64,000 nt of DNA, taken from the NCBI GenBank assembly GCA_907165135.1, contig OU015567.1, forward strand, positions 3,162,001-3,226,000, read 5' to 3'. Below the pieces are notes generated by a model, which did not search any database, had not been told where the DNA came from, and saw only the letters and a list, made by a program, of their open reading frames with translations. This document shows positions 27,050 to 45,289 of this stretch, in pieces. The stretch comes from Oikopleura dioica. Taxonomy: Eukaryota; Animalia; Chordata. A program made the translations under genes and the position numbers. Each line of letters begins with the position of its first letter. Position 1 is the first letter of the stretch.

Positions 27050-27850
27050 AGCAAAGATGAAAATAGATGAGTCGATGAGAATTGACGAGCCTCGGTAATT
27101 CGACTAAAAGGTCAATTTAGAGCAGTGACTATTTGCAGAGAAATAAGACCTTTTGAAGACTTCCAAGTGAAGACCAAATATCATCTTTGAGAATCCAGAC
27201 CTCTTTGGTATAAACATACGTATCTCTGTCATATCCAGCGGCAAGAATCATTTCACCTGTTGGAAGTCCAGTTAGTGTATGTCCAAAAAGATTTCTAAAA
27301 TCATTCAAAACAACGTATGCTTTTTTACTACTTTGGGTGGTCAGCAAGAAGTATCCAGCCATCAGAAAAGAGTGTCTCTACTTTACCAAAACCGTCGCTT
27401 TCGCTGCTACCTACAGTAGTTGGATTTCCATTGTACAGTCCGAGTTTTCCTAGCTGATGCGTGTAAGCGGTCGAGAAGGTTGTTGAAACTTGTTCGCCAT
27501 CAAAAAGTTCACACGATGAATACGGCTTGCCGTCTTCGAAGCAAATCAGAACTTAAAAATAACCTTTTTTTGGTCAAAATAATAGGTAAATACCCTCATC
27601 ATTCATTGCCAGAGCAGCACCACCATAAGAAATATTGAAACTCGTGCGAACAGAAAGCTCAGAAAAGACGCAACCTTTGAGCTTTGCGATCTTTCTCGGA
27701 TCAGATGCCCCGCCAAATATATGAAGATCATCAAAGAGGATGGCATAAACCGAGTATTTCGTGTAATCATCAGAAGGAGCATCAATAGAGGGCGTTTTCT
27801 TGAAGGAACCATCATGCGAAATAAGATAATTGTCCATCATACTATAGGTG
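27050..27850 (-). CDS. Fragmentary beta-propeller (kelch-like) coding exons
   Basis: ORFs 27574-27840 (LHIFGG...IAKLKGC) and 27129-27362 (MILAAGYD...EVWILKDDIWS) resemble kelch-type blades. The exon structure is unresolved. Confidence 0.4.
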
Positions 27851-29396
27851 AAAACAAGGAGGAAATAATCCTAAAAATAGTTTAATGCACCAATCGAACT
27901 TTTATTTAAACCGATTGATTTGGACAGAATTGATTGCTGCAACTAACACACCCATTTGGACAATTCTCCCCACAGGGACAAAAAGTATCGCAATCTTAAA
28001 GTTGTATTATTTAAATTTTTAAATAATGGAAAAATTGGGTACCTGTGTAATCAGACCGACATTGATCATCGCAAAAAGTCGAGTCGCAAAATGCAAGGCA
28101 GTCAAGATAGTCGAGTCTACATTGTGTCGAACAAACTTCATATAGATCCTCGTCGCTAAATAATTGTAGAATCAAGTCATAAAATATGCTTTTATTACAT
28201 GCAAGACTCTTTCGAAAGAAAATGTTTCGATTTTCTTAAAATCTCTGGTGAAAAACAATTGCTTGGAGCAAAAAGCATCGTAGACAAAATTATTGAAAAC
28301 AAATTAATCATTTGAAAAAAATATTCTCGAATCCTGCATAGAATTTAACGAGAGCGACGATTTTAAAAATCATTAAAATTTTATGAATCTGCAAACTCTT
28401 TATTTGCTCTTTCCAGAACATCGACAATTCGAGCAAATTTTACATGAAGCCGCGTGATACTCAGCAATCGTTGACAGCGGGTTCACGCTTTTTCAAAGAA
28501 TGTGAACCGCCTCCATTTTTATTAGAAACTCTATTAGAAACATCAACTTCCTCATTGACGGACCTAAAAGCAAGGTCAGCGCCAAAGTGGAGCCCAAACC
28601 TATTAAGAAAGGTCATCTTCATTGCTTTTATTTATCGGTTTGTTTGATTTTTTATTGATAGTACGGAAGGCCGCGCATTTATGTGAGACTCTAAATAAGA
28701 AGTTCTCAAAGCATCACTCACCAGCTTATTAACTTGATTACGATGAATTTTCACAACAATTTCTTATCTCATCGAAGATTCTGGTGCCGTTGTCGAGAGC
28801 GTCGAAATTTGCAATCATCAAACAAATCTAGTCCCTTAAAATCCTTAAAATTTCTAATTGTTGTACGAAATAACTACCAAAAGTCGTTTTGTATCAGAAA
28901 GGCAGTAAATTCAATCATTATACACGTATACAGTATACGGTATACTCTTTAAATTTTCAAATATGATACAGTCAGCAATTTAAAGAGCTTGAAAGAAAAG
29001 TTCCTGAAAAACCTGAACTCCTGAAACTCCTCTTTTTGAAGGGGACAGTTGCCTACCCGGCGAAAAACCCAAAATCTGGCCGCTTTTTTTCGGCAAATTA
29101 TTTCTGAAATTCGGCCAATTTTCAGGTTTTCACTGTATAACATATTTCATCAATGATTTTTATCGATGGGGGTTTTTTGATATTTCAAACCCGGCAAATC
29201 TGATTCAGGGCTAAAAATATGAACAAAAAAGTTGAAACTATTTGACCCTATATTTCATTATGCAGCATTTATGCTCAATTTACATAACATCGAAGCCTTT
29301 GGCGCCATCTCAGAAGGCGAATAAAACCAAGCTTATCTTGAGAACATTCCATCACAAATAAAAATACCTAAAATAACTTCACCAAAAAGAAATATA

Positions 29397-34847
<5,451 letters not shown>

Positions 34848-35084
34848 CTTTTCTCTTTTTTAATAAGCTGCCTTTCCAGCGCACAACTAGGGAGAAGATA
34901 TTTCCATGGCAACGAAGGATATCGTCAGCGGAAAGGAAAAACAAGCAAAGTTCTTTTCCAATATCAAATTTATTCTATGATATTGGAATTATTTAATTTT
35001 CGGTATAAATATTTTTATAAAATATAAATGATATCATATAATTCAAAAGGAAAGACTAAGTTTTATCGTATTCAGGACATTCTC

Positions 35085-37260
35085 ACAGTAGCAGATTTTC
35101 GGGCGATCGAGGCACGAACGACAGCTGCTTTGCCGAAGTTAGCGTATGATTGTCGAATCGTAGTTTTTCGTTTTTGAAGCATCGAAGGGGGCATGAACTT
35201 GTTAAGCGCGTGTCGTTTTTGGAAGATCTCGGTGCAAGCCTTTAAAATTAGTTTAATGACACTCCGAATAATAAAAAGATTAATACCTGTCGGTTAGTAA
35301 GTCTTTGTCCAATAACAGGCATCTTCTTGAAAATCCAGACCTTCGCAAAGGAGAAAATTGCCAGACATAAGGAAATGACCATAAGGCCAATACTAAAAAT
35401 ATTGGCGGAAACGACGCATGCAGCAGGATCTCTGTCCATCGCGCTAGAAACAGTTATGTTCAGATTTCATTCCTAAAGTCAAGGCTTACTTGAGTCCTTG
35501 AGGAGGAGGCTTGTTGACGTTTTGAATCATTCCTATAATAGAAACCGCTCCAAGGACAGTCACATGAATCCATCCATCAAAGGGGACTGATTTCATTTCA
35601 GCATAAATTATAAGGTTCTTAATTTCTGACTACCTTTTGTGTCGAACCAGAGCAATTCGACGAGAAGGAACAGCGTTGGCGTATATTCTTTGCTCCAAAG
35701 CCAGAAGGGATGAATGTCAAGAGATCGTGACATATCTCGATAGCGAAGAAATCCGATCCATCGTGTCCACCAACTTAAGGAAACCATGAGGCGCAGAGGA
35801 GCCTCAAAGTATACTTCAATGATTAAATTATGTTTAAAGTACCTGAACATTGAAGAGGAATGAGTTAACTTTGTTCAAAGCTTGAGTCCAGGTGCCGAAA
35901 CCCTCGACGATTCGCGATCTTTGGAAATTGACGTACAAGGATAAAATAGCAGCTTTAGAAATCCGTTAGATATCTTTTCTGAAAAAAATATACCGAAAGG
36001 AAAGTAGGCACCAAAAATGAGCGAGCGAATCCCTTCCCAGCCGAAAAGAATCATCGTCAGTGACCACATGGCAAGAGTAATTCGCATGATGATGAAAACT
36101 CGGTCGTTTGTGATCATGGTGGAGGAAATCGAATTCATAGCTGGTTCTTGTCCTAGTTTGCAATACTGAGATCAGGTTATTCCACAATGAAACTGGATTA
36201 TGGAATGAAAATCCTTCTGAGGCTTCATTTCCCCTTCATCTGCCCAAAGTTTCATCTACCCTGAAGCTTCATTCTCCCAAGCTGGGCTGATGAAGCTTCA
36301 GGGAAAATGAGGCTCTGGGCAAATGAAGCTTCTGGGAGAATGAGGCTTACCCCAAAATTAAAGGTCCCCTGAATAACCCTTTCCTGAGCAAATTTCTGAA
36401 AGCGAGTCATCGATTCTTCTCCGAGGAGTTTCGAAACAGAGATATTTCTTCGAACCCACCATATGACGAAGTAGTGAATAAAACCGAGAATCACAATCAA
36501 AAAATTCGCTGAAATGAATTCGTATTCGACTTGAAAAAGTAAACTTACCATTTTTAGTTAGCAAAATTACTTTGATGAGATTTTCATCCGAGAAGCCATA
36601 CTGTTTAAAGTACTCAGGAACGGTGTAATTGTTCAGATAAGGATAGAGCTCTAGCTCTTCTGCCGTCCAACCCATCTTCGGGCTACTGAAAAATACCGTG
36701 TAAATTAAAGAAAAAGAAAAACGGAGGTATATTTATGCCTAAAAAACGAAAATTCTTACCTTGAAAAAGTGAATGTCTATCTGACCTTATTATCTTTCAT
36801 GGCGAGATAACAATCCTTGTTCTAGAAGATAATGGGCCCTTTTTTCAATGTTTTCGCATAAATTATAAATTTTCAAAATAACTAGATTTTTCGTTCGCAG
36901 TGGGTCGACTGTTGTATAACAACCTGAACGAGTGAAGACCGAAAAAATAAGTTTTTACCAAAATATTGGACAGATTCGTTATTTTTTGGCAAAAAATAAT
37001 GCTGTAATTACCTTGCTCCTGCTTCTTACGGACCTTCTTACTTTGTCTAAAGTGAAAAATAATATTAAAAATAGATAATATTCAGCCCCATTCTAGAAGA
37101 TTAGCCAAGTGTGAAAGGTTCTCACAGAAAAAAACCAAAATCATTATTTGAAAGAAATTTATGTTATGTTATAACTTATAACTTTCTTAGCCTCTTAATT
37201 TTTCGAAGGGCTTGACCTTTTTTCGGAACAAGAAATGAGGCTTATCAACTCTCATTGTAA
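35085..37260 (-). CDS. Orphan multi-pass membrane protein, tandem copy 1 (ends approximate)
   Basis: Several hydrophobic exons (ITLAMWSLTMILFGWEG; VSLSWWTRWIGFLRY; IFSIGLMVISLCLAIFSF). Exons and intron positions are conserved with the copy at 37750-40800. Confidence 0.6.
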
Positions 37261-37749
37261 GCACTTTTTCATATCCGTTATTGGTTTCTAAATTTCAAAA
37301 AAACTGCAATTGCATATTTATGCAGTATATAATACACTGTACAGACGACTCGCACAATTTGGACCCGCACAATTCGGCCCTTTTTTCGAATTTCGCGAAA
37401 ATTAATGAAAATCGCTCAATTAGCCATCTATGTGAATTTCAGTCAATTTTCCTTGCTCAAACGTATTTTGTAGATATATTTACGACAGAAATGCTATTTC
37501 TTACTCTTTTTTTTGATTAACACGTAGAATTTACGGGGATAATTGACGAAAATAGTGAGATTTTAACATTTTAGGGCTCCAAAATTGATCTTTTTTGAAG
37601 GAGCAGCAAATTAATCCGAATTTCGGACCCGCACAATTCGGCCCTATTATATTCTATACTGAACTGCAAAATAATCGATGATCACTGTAAATATTTTTTA
37701 TTAAAAGGGGATATAATTCAAAAGGAAAAGACTTAGTTTTATCTTCTTC

Positions 37750-40700
37750 ATGACTTTCTCACAGCAGCAGATTTTCGGGCGATCGAGGCGCGAACGACAG
37801 ATGCTTTGCCGAAGTTAGCGTATGATTTTCGAATCGTAGTTTTTCGTTGTTCAAGCATCGAAGGGGGCATGAACTTGTTCAGCGCGTGTCGTTTTTGGAA
37901 GATCTCGGTGCACGCCTTTAAAAATTAGTTTTATGACATTTTGAATTATTACCTGTCGGTTCGTCAGTCTTTGTCCGATAACAGGAACCTTCTTGAAAGT
38001 CCAAATTTTTCCATGAGAGAAGAATGCGAGACCCAAGTGAATGACGATTAAGCCAATGGTAAATATAACGGCGCAGACGACGCATGCAGCAGGATCTCTG
38101 TCCATTGCGCTATAAACAATCTTCTTCAGATTTGATTCATGAAGTAAAGACTTACTTGAGTCCTTGAGGAGGGGGTTTGTTGGTGTTTTGAACCAATGCT
38201 ACAAGACTTGCCGATCCAATCACAGTCACGTGAACAAATCCATCGAAGGGAACTGATTTCATTTCAGCATGAGCTATAAGGATCTCTGATTACCTTTAGT
38301 GTCGAACCAAAGCAATTCGACGAGAAGGAACAGCGTTGGCGTATATTCTTTGCTCCAAAGCCAGAAGGGATGAATGTCAAGAGATCGAGCCATATCTCGA
38401 TATCGGAGAAATCCGATCCATCGTGTCCACCAAGTTAAGGAGACCAAGAGACGCAGAGGAGCCTCAAAGTTTATGATTGAATGGTTTAATCCAGTCTGAA
38501 GTACCTGGACATTGAAGAGGAATGAGTTTACTTTGTTCAAAGCTTGAGTCCAAGTGCCGAAACCCTCAACGATTCGCGATCTTTGGAAATTGACGTACAG
38601 AGATAAAATGGCAGCTTTAGAAATACGTAAGACATCTTATCTTAAAAACATTTTTACCGAATGGAAAGTAGGCACCAAAAATGATCGATCGAATCCCTTC
38701 CCAGCCGAAAAGAATCATTGTCAGTGACCACATGGCAAGAGTAATTCGCATGATGATGAAAACTCGGTCGTTTGTGATCATGGTGGAGGAAATCGAATTC
38801 ATAGCTGGTTCTTGTCCTAGTTTGCAATACTGAGATCGGGTTATTCTCAAAACTCCTATTATTCTACTTCTCTAGTTCAGTGGCTTTTTCGGAATCTATT
38901 ATACGGTATAATTTATACCCATAACTTATGGGCCATAAATTTAAATGGCCCAAATTCATCTTATAAGCCTTCTTAAACTATATAAACCACAATCCCTTCG
39001 ATTGAGTAAATCATAGTAAAACCACTAGTACCGCTCGTTGCAGCTACCAGACTTGTTTAGATTGGCATTTGAGAAAAAACCTTTCCTGAGCAAATTTCTG
39101 GAAGCGAGTCATCGATTCTTGTCCAAGGAGTTTCATTAAAGAGATACCTCTTCGAACCCACCATGTGACGATGTAGTGAACGAAACAGAGAATCACAATC
39201 AAGAATTGGGCTAAAATTAATTCGTTTTTGGTTTTAATAAGTAAACTTACAATTCTTAGTAAACAAAATCATTTTGATGAGGTTTTCATCCGTGATGCCA
39301 TACTGGTTGAAGTACTCAGGAACAGTGTAATTGTTCAGATAAGGATAGAGCTCCAGCTCTTCTTCTGTCCAGCCCATCTTGGGATTACTGAAAACCAACG
39401 AGTTAATAAAAAAAAGAAGACGGTGCTTTATTTTTAAGAAAAGTAAACTTCTTAGAAAGAAGTTCTTACCTTGAAAAAGTCAAATTACTATCTGAGGTTA
39501 TTATAGAAAATTATTAGAAAACAAAGCTTGTTCTAGAAGAAGCGCCCCCCGAGTCACGCTAACTTCCCCAAGACGCTAACTTCCCCAGACGCTGACTTCC
39601 CCAGACGCTAACTTCCCCAAGGTTGTGCAAATTAGCGTTTTGGGCAAGTTAGCGTCTTGGGGAAGTTAGCGTCTAAAGTGCGTGGGCGATCCGTGGAGCG
39701 TTGAATTGCTCTTTCAGCATGTCTTAGACTAACACCCTTAGTCTGGTAGACAGTCTACCCCTCTTAGAATCTAACCTCGACCTTTCCGCGTGAAAAGCGG
39801 TCATATTTTCCATTTCTTCTGAGCAAATTTAGTTTAACATTTTGAAATAATATTTTTGTACTCCGAGAGTACACTCATTTTGACAGTCGATTTCAAAATA
39901 TCTAAGCTCTAATAGATTTTTCCCGGAACGCATATCGACCCATTTTTGGGTGAGAGGCCGTAGACCCGTTTTCTTGTTTTCATCAACCCATATTTTATCA
40001 TAAATATGATCTTCAGACCCCGAACTACAAGATCAGATACATGAAATATTTCTCATGTGTTGTTTTAACACTAGAAAATGACGATGTTTGAGGCCATATT
40101 TCAGCACCTTACCCAGAAATGGGTCGATATGCGTTCCGGCGTAAAAATATAATATTTTTAATTATTTCGAAGCGTTATTATTAAAACATTAATCCCAAAA
40201 AATGCCTAAATTCTCAAACCTATGTGACATAGGCTATGTCTAAATAACTTAGAAATAATGGCTCCTATACAGTATAGGCTATACTTTCTGAATACTGTAT
40301 TCAGTGCTCGATATAGAAATTTCGAGAAAAAAAAATATTTTTTATAACCGGCAACTTTGACGCTAACTTGCCCAGACGCTAACTTGCACAATGTTGGGCA
40401 AGTTAGCGTTTTGGGGAAGTTATCATTGGACCAATCATTGGACCACGTGTATTGAGAAGTTAATGTATCAAAATACATTTTTGACATTTTTCGACAAACA
40501 ATAATGCTGTTATTACCTTGCTCCCGCTTCTTTCGGACCTTCTAACTTCGCTTAATATCTAAAGTAAAAAAATATTATTTGAAATAAATAATCTTCAGCT
40601 CGATTCTAGAAGACTCTCCAAATATGAAAGATTTTCACGGAAAAGTCAAAAAATTATTTGAAAGAAATTGAGATAGTGTTATAGGTTTATAAGCCTCTTA

Positions 40701-40800
40701 ATTGTTCAAAGGGCTTGACCTTTTTTGGAACAAGAAATGAGGCTTACCATCTCGCATTGTAAGCACCTTTTCATATCCGACATTGGTTTCCGATTTCATC
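37750..40800 (-). CDS. Orphan multi-pass membrane protein, tandem copy 2, with a ~0.9-kb repeat-rich insertion in an early intron
   Basis: Exon-by-exon similarity to 35085-37260; 39540-40480 has no counterpart in copy 1. Confidence 0.6.
39545..40425. mobile_element. Intronic insertion with GACGCTAACTT(C/G)CCCA repeat clusters at both ends and a nested ~217-bp inverted-repeat element (39923-40139)
   Basis: Direct then inverted copies of the 16-mer at 39555-39675 and 40360-40425. CCGGAACGCATATCGACCCATTT at 39923 is the reverse complement of the sequence ending at 40139. Confidence 0.6.
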
Positions 40801-40846
40801 CCCTTCAACGTGTTGATAAATCCCAGCCACTTCATTCCGCTAAAAC

Positions 40847-43071
40847 ATGTATTTGATTTTCTGTTTCTTTTCTTTAGTACTTTCACATCGCATCAAGAGA
40901 AACGCCTGTCCAAATGACAGTGATTGCAGTCTAGAGAATGGTTGTTTGGAGCTCATAGGAGGAAAATTCTTTCGGCCGTTCTGCCAGGAGGGATTTGAGA
41001 TGAATGTAGAAGCGAACCAAGTCAAATGCAAACAGGGGTCTTTGAATAATGATATACAGTGCCTACCAGTTTCGGGTACAACTGATTTTCCGACGACGAC
41101 TACAACCACAACCACAACAACATCTTCAATGGTCATAACATCAATTCCATTGACAACTGCTGGAACCATACAAACCTCGTCTATCATGGTAACCTCTACG
41201 ACAACAACAACGACAACTTCAACAGAAGTACAGACAACGACAAACGAAGAAAGAGAGATTCATATCTCCGGCTGTGCTATTCCGATAGGGACAATTTATG
41301 GAGAGCCTAATGCGAAGGATAAGTTTGAAATTTCATGCGAAGAAGGCTTTGAGCTGGCTGATCCAACATCAACAAAAGTAAAGTGCAAAAATGGGGCTTT
41401 GAATCCGTTCAATCAGTGTTTCAAAATTGAAGAGCCAACCACTACAACAACAACAACGACGACAACGACAACATCTCAACAAACCACGACTCAAGAGCAA
41501 ACAACTCAAGAGAAAACAACGACCACTCCTTTCATAACAACCTCTTCAAATCAAGAAACAACAACTACAACTACCACAACAACCACAACTAGTCCTCTCC
41601 AAACAATAACTTCGCTTCCAAATTTTCATGTTTCTGGGTGTATTATCCCAAAAGGCACTATTTATGGCGAGCCGAATAACAAAGATAAGTTCGACATTTC
41701 CTGTGAAGATGGTTTCGAACTGGAAGATCCGGCGAATACAAAAGTCAAGTGTAAAAACCCTCCACTAGGATTGAATCCGCCAAACTCATGTGTTTCTCTG
41801 ACAACGACAACTTCGACAACAACCACGTCGTCCACGATCATCTCCACAACCACGGAACTACCGACTACTACTACATCAACAACAACGACCACAACGACGA
41901 TTGAAATAACAACAACAGACCCTGCCACAACAACTCTAAAAGTAACAACGACTCTCGAAATCACGACAACCCTGACATCAACAACAGAAGAACCAGAGCC
42001 GACAACAATAATATCAACGACATCTTTACCAACTACAATTCCCCCCGGGATAACTACTCTTATGACGACTTCGATTCAAACAACAAAGGACACATCAATC
42101 TGTGGGATCAAAAAACGACTTGATTTTCAAATCCTCGATGCTTGGAATAATGGGAAAAGTTTTATCGGAATTCTTACTCTTCCTCAAAAGTTTTCATCTC
42201 TTTTTTCTTATTCTTGATTTACTAGTAATTTCTAGGAACGATTTCACCATTTCCTTTAAATTCTCACAATCTGCACCAAAAGCAACAATCAATGCCTGGA
42301 ACTTGGAATTTTTCTCCATTTTTAGCGAAAACATGGGTTTCGCACTTCATTCAAAAGCCAACTCCGATGCTTACGATGATGAATCTGTTGCGATTCATTT
42401 TGATGATGTAACGCACTTTAGTGATGTTCATGCGTTTGGTTGGAATCAGGTAGTGGGCACATGACGATTAGTGTTTCAAGCATGAAAATGAAATGATAAT
42501 TGAAGGGGGGTTTTAGAAAGTAACCGATCTGTCTTGCTTCGACGAAGATGATCTGGAGATAACAACGATAGGAGGCGTCACAATCGATCCGATGGGATGC
42601 GACAGTAAGTGCACCTTTGAGCTCAAGAGAATGATTATTTTTAGTCGAGCGATTTGGGGGACTACTATTCTTTGGCAAAGACATTCAGCTCGAGCATAGT
42701 AGTTCATGGATGGACGGAAGTGAAACCGTATCGAATTTCGTCATGAGAGTATATCTTCAAAAAGAACAAGCGAACCCGTAAGAGACCTGGATTTTTCATG
42801 ACTTATCATTTTTAGCCCTGCGCTTTGGGGATGGGATCTGAGCATTGACTTCAACCAAGAACTCACAGGATTGACGATTTACGGGACAAGGATACAAAAA
42901 CTCGATCCAATTTGGAAAATCAGCGGCTTTTTCGGCTCTCGATTTGTCAAGTTTGGCCCGACAGAGGAACTCAACCTTTTGCAAGCTGACGAATTTACGT
43001 TCTCATTTGAGACAAGATCGAAAACAGTACCACAGATGGAAAATGCATATTTCTGCGGACATTCCATTTAA
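40847..43071 (+). CDS. Secreted mucin-like modular protein: signal peptide, 3 Cys-rich (sushi-like) modules alternating with Thr-rich tracts, 2 C-terminal CBM2-like modules
   Basis: Signal peptide MYLIFCFFSLVLS; repeated GCxIPxGTIYGEPNxKDKFxISCExGFELxDP; poly-Thr tracts. Spliced C-terminus has DAWNNGKSFIG...FKFSQ...INAWN and SSWMDG...WDLSIDFNQE. Introns at ~42205-42237, 42450-42516, ~42605-42644 and ~42778-42815; stop at 43071. Confidence 0.7.
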
Positions 43072-43329
43072 TTTTGAACATTCGGAAAGAATAAATAAGA
43101 AAGTATTTCAGAAACCCTGTCGTGGTGCAAATCGTATAAGCGTTGTTTTGACGAGTTTTTTCTCTGTGCAAAGAGCTTTCTCCCTAGGAAATTCGAAAAT
43201 GTTGACAGAAGTAAAAAGCAATTACCTCTTATCTTTCGAGGCAAGCAGTATTCCAAGCTTTATTTTATAACGGAACCGTTGTGGAACTAAGAGATCGACT
43301 AAATGAAAAAAAATCATAACTCATTTACT

Positions 43330-45069
43330 ATAAGGGTTAGCTGGGCACCAAGAAAATCCATTTGTTCCGTTTTGAAAATCATCTCTGTCTATTCCAGCAT
43401 CGATTCGAAATCTGGAATGAATGTGATTGCTAGAAATTGTTATTGCTCGACTTCTTACGTTGACCTATAAGAGTCTTTCTGGTAGTCAGCTGCAACGTAG
43501 GACGATGAATCATTGTGGAGATGATACTTTTCAGCAAAAGTCCTATTCAGCTGAAGAACTTCGCATTCGTAGTGGTTCCGTACGCGGATTTTAACCTTGC
43601 CGTTTTCATCGAAAACATCGTCCTCGCAAATGTACCCGAAGAAGTAGGGCGCTTCAAAGAGGGAGCGATTTGTGCTCTGCAGGCAAGGTTTCGCGCTACA
43701 GGGACTAGGCCGAGGGAGCGCCGCGCGCAGTTATCTCTTTTCTCGCCAGGAAGCCCAAATTTTTTATTCGAATTTAATATCATTTGGCATACAAACTAAA
43801 CTTTTCACTCTCTTTCCTCTCCGACTTTTAGAATTTTCATATCTTGCCGACGAGCTGAGTTATGATCGAAAAACAGATGCTTGAATTCAAGTGTACATAA
43901 GTACTTGAAATATTCGGATTGACACTTTGAGACCAAGTCCACTGAAACGCCCGTGGTCTCTTCTACAAAGTCTACTTATTATTTAGATTTCCTGGAAGTG
44001 AATTGTTTGCTGATTACTTCGCAGGTAATCCAGGTGATCTTGTCGAACGCAGCGGGAATCGCGTGCCAATAGTGCAAAATCACCGCATTTCACACCGAGC
44101 GCTCCAGGTGACCCACAGTAATCCCTCGATAATCAGGTAAATAGATGTTTCCGGGAAATCTCATTTAGCAGACTTTTTAGAAGAGACCACGGGCTTTTCA
44201 ATGGACTTTGTCTCAAATTGTCAATAAGAATATTTCAAGTATTTATGTACACTTGAATTCAAGCATCTCTTTTTCGATTATAACTCAGCTCGTCGGCAAG
44301 ATATGAAAATTCTAAAAGTCGGAGAGGAAAGAGAGTGAAAAGTTTAGTTTGTATGCCAAATTATATTAAATTCGAATAAAAAATTTGGGCTTCCTGGCGA
44401 AAGTGAGAAAAGAGATAATGGCGCGCGGCGCTCCCTCGGCCTAGTCCCTTAATGGGTTCTCTGCGTCGATTGAGCGATCTTCAGTTCCAACTAGTTGCAT
44501 TCTTTTGTTCGTCATACTAAATGTTTGGCTCGACAAAATGTTAAAATTTTTTTAAAGTTTGCAAACCCAACCCCCCCCCCCCAAAAAAAAAAATCCATTC
44601 CTGATTGCTGAGCCGACCTTTCGAACAAATTTAACCAATCTGATTCAAATATTTCAGAAACTTCCAATTCGCCAGCAGTTAAATTGACTCTTGACTTCAA
44701 CCAAAATCCATTCTTTAGCAGATAACCATTGCTACTTGATACATGCTCATCCGAAACGAGGTCTAGATCGAACCGATCACAGAAACGCTCCGCCTCCCAG
44801 TAGGCCAACCAGCTTTCCGAAATAATCGAGTTCGCCAAATATGTCTCTGTTTGTGTTCCATTATTCGTTTTTCGTCGGAAAAGGACTGTTAAATTTTGGT
44901 AATTATCATTGTTATCCTTGGATGCATTGTCAAATCTTGAGGAAGTTATCACTTGTCTCATTATGGTCTCAGGGAAAAAGTCCACGTGGTTGTCAAAGTA
45001 AACCAGACCAGCAATGGAAAGTAAAATGATAAAAATAATGACAAATAAACTGCAGCATTCTTTTTTCAT
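43330..45069 (-). pseudogene. Type II membrane protein with a C-type-lectin-like segment, copy A, interrupted by a foldback element
   Basis: N-terminal TM (LFVIIFIILLSIAGLVYF) and WEAERFCDRF motif. The downstream exon (…GTEDRSIDAENP…FFGYICEDD…) is split by the 43701-44448 insertion. The 3' end is approximate. Confidence 0.55.
43701..44448. mobile_element. Foldback element/MITE with ~290-bp terminal inverted repeats (GGGACTAGGCC...GGCCTAGTCCC)
   Basis: 43701-~43998 is the near reverse complement of ~44149-44448. The element is absent from the paralogous site at 54065-54080. The right flank is TTAA and the left flank is TACA. Confidence 0.88.
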
Positions 45070-45289
45070 TTTGCGATATTCGGAATTTGTGATTTTCGAC
45101 AGTTTTAAACCTAGTTTTTAATGGTTGAGTAAACTCAAATTATAGAAATAAATGCTTCTGATAAGGCGGCGCTTTATTGGTTTCATCAAAGAAGACATCC
45201 TAACAGGGAAAGAACGAGAGTTGCTTTATTCAATTTAGTGATAAAATATCAGGAGAAAGAGACAGTGAAGTTTTAAAGGCGTTATTTAA

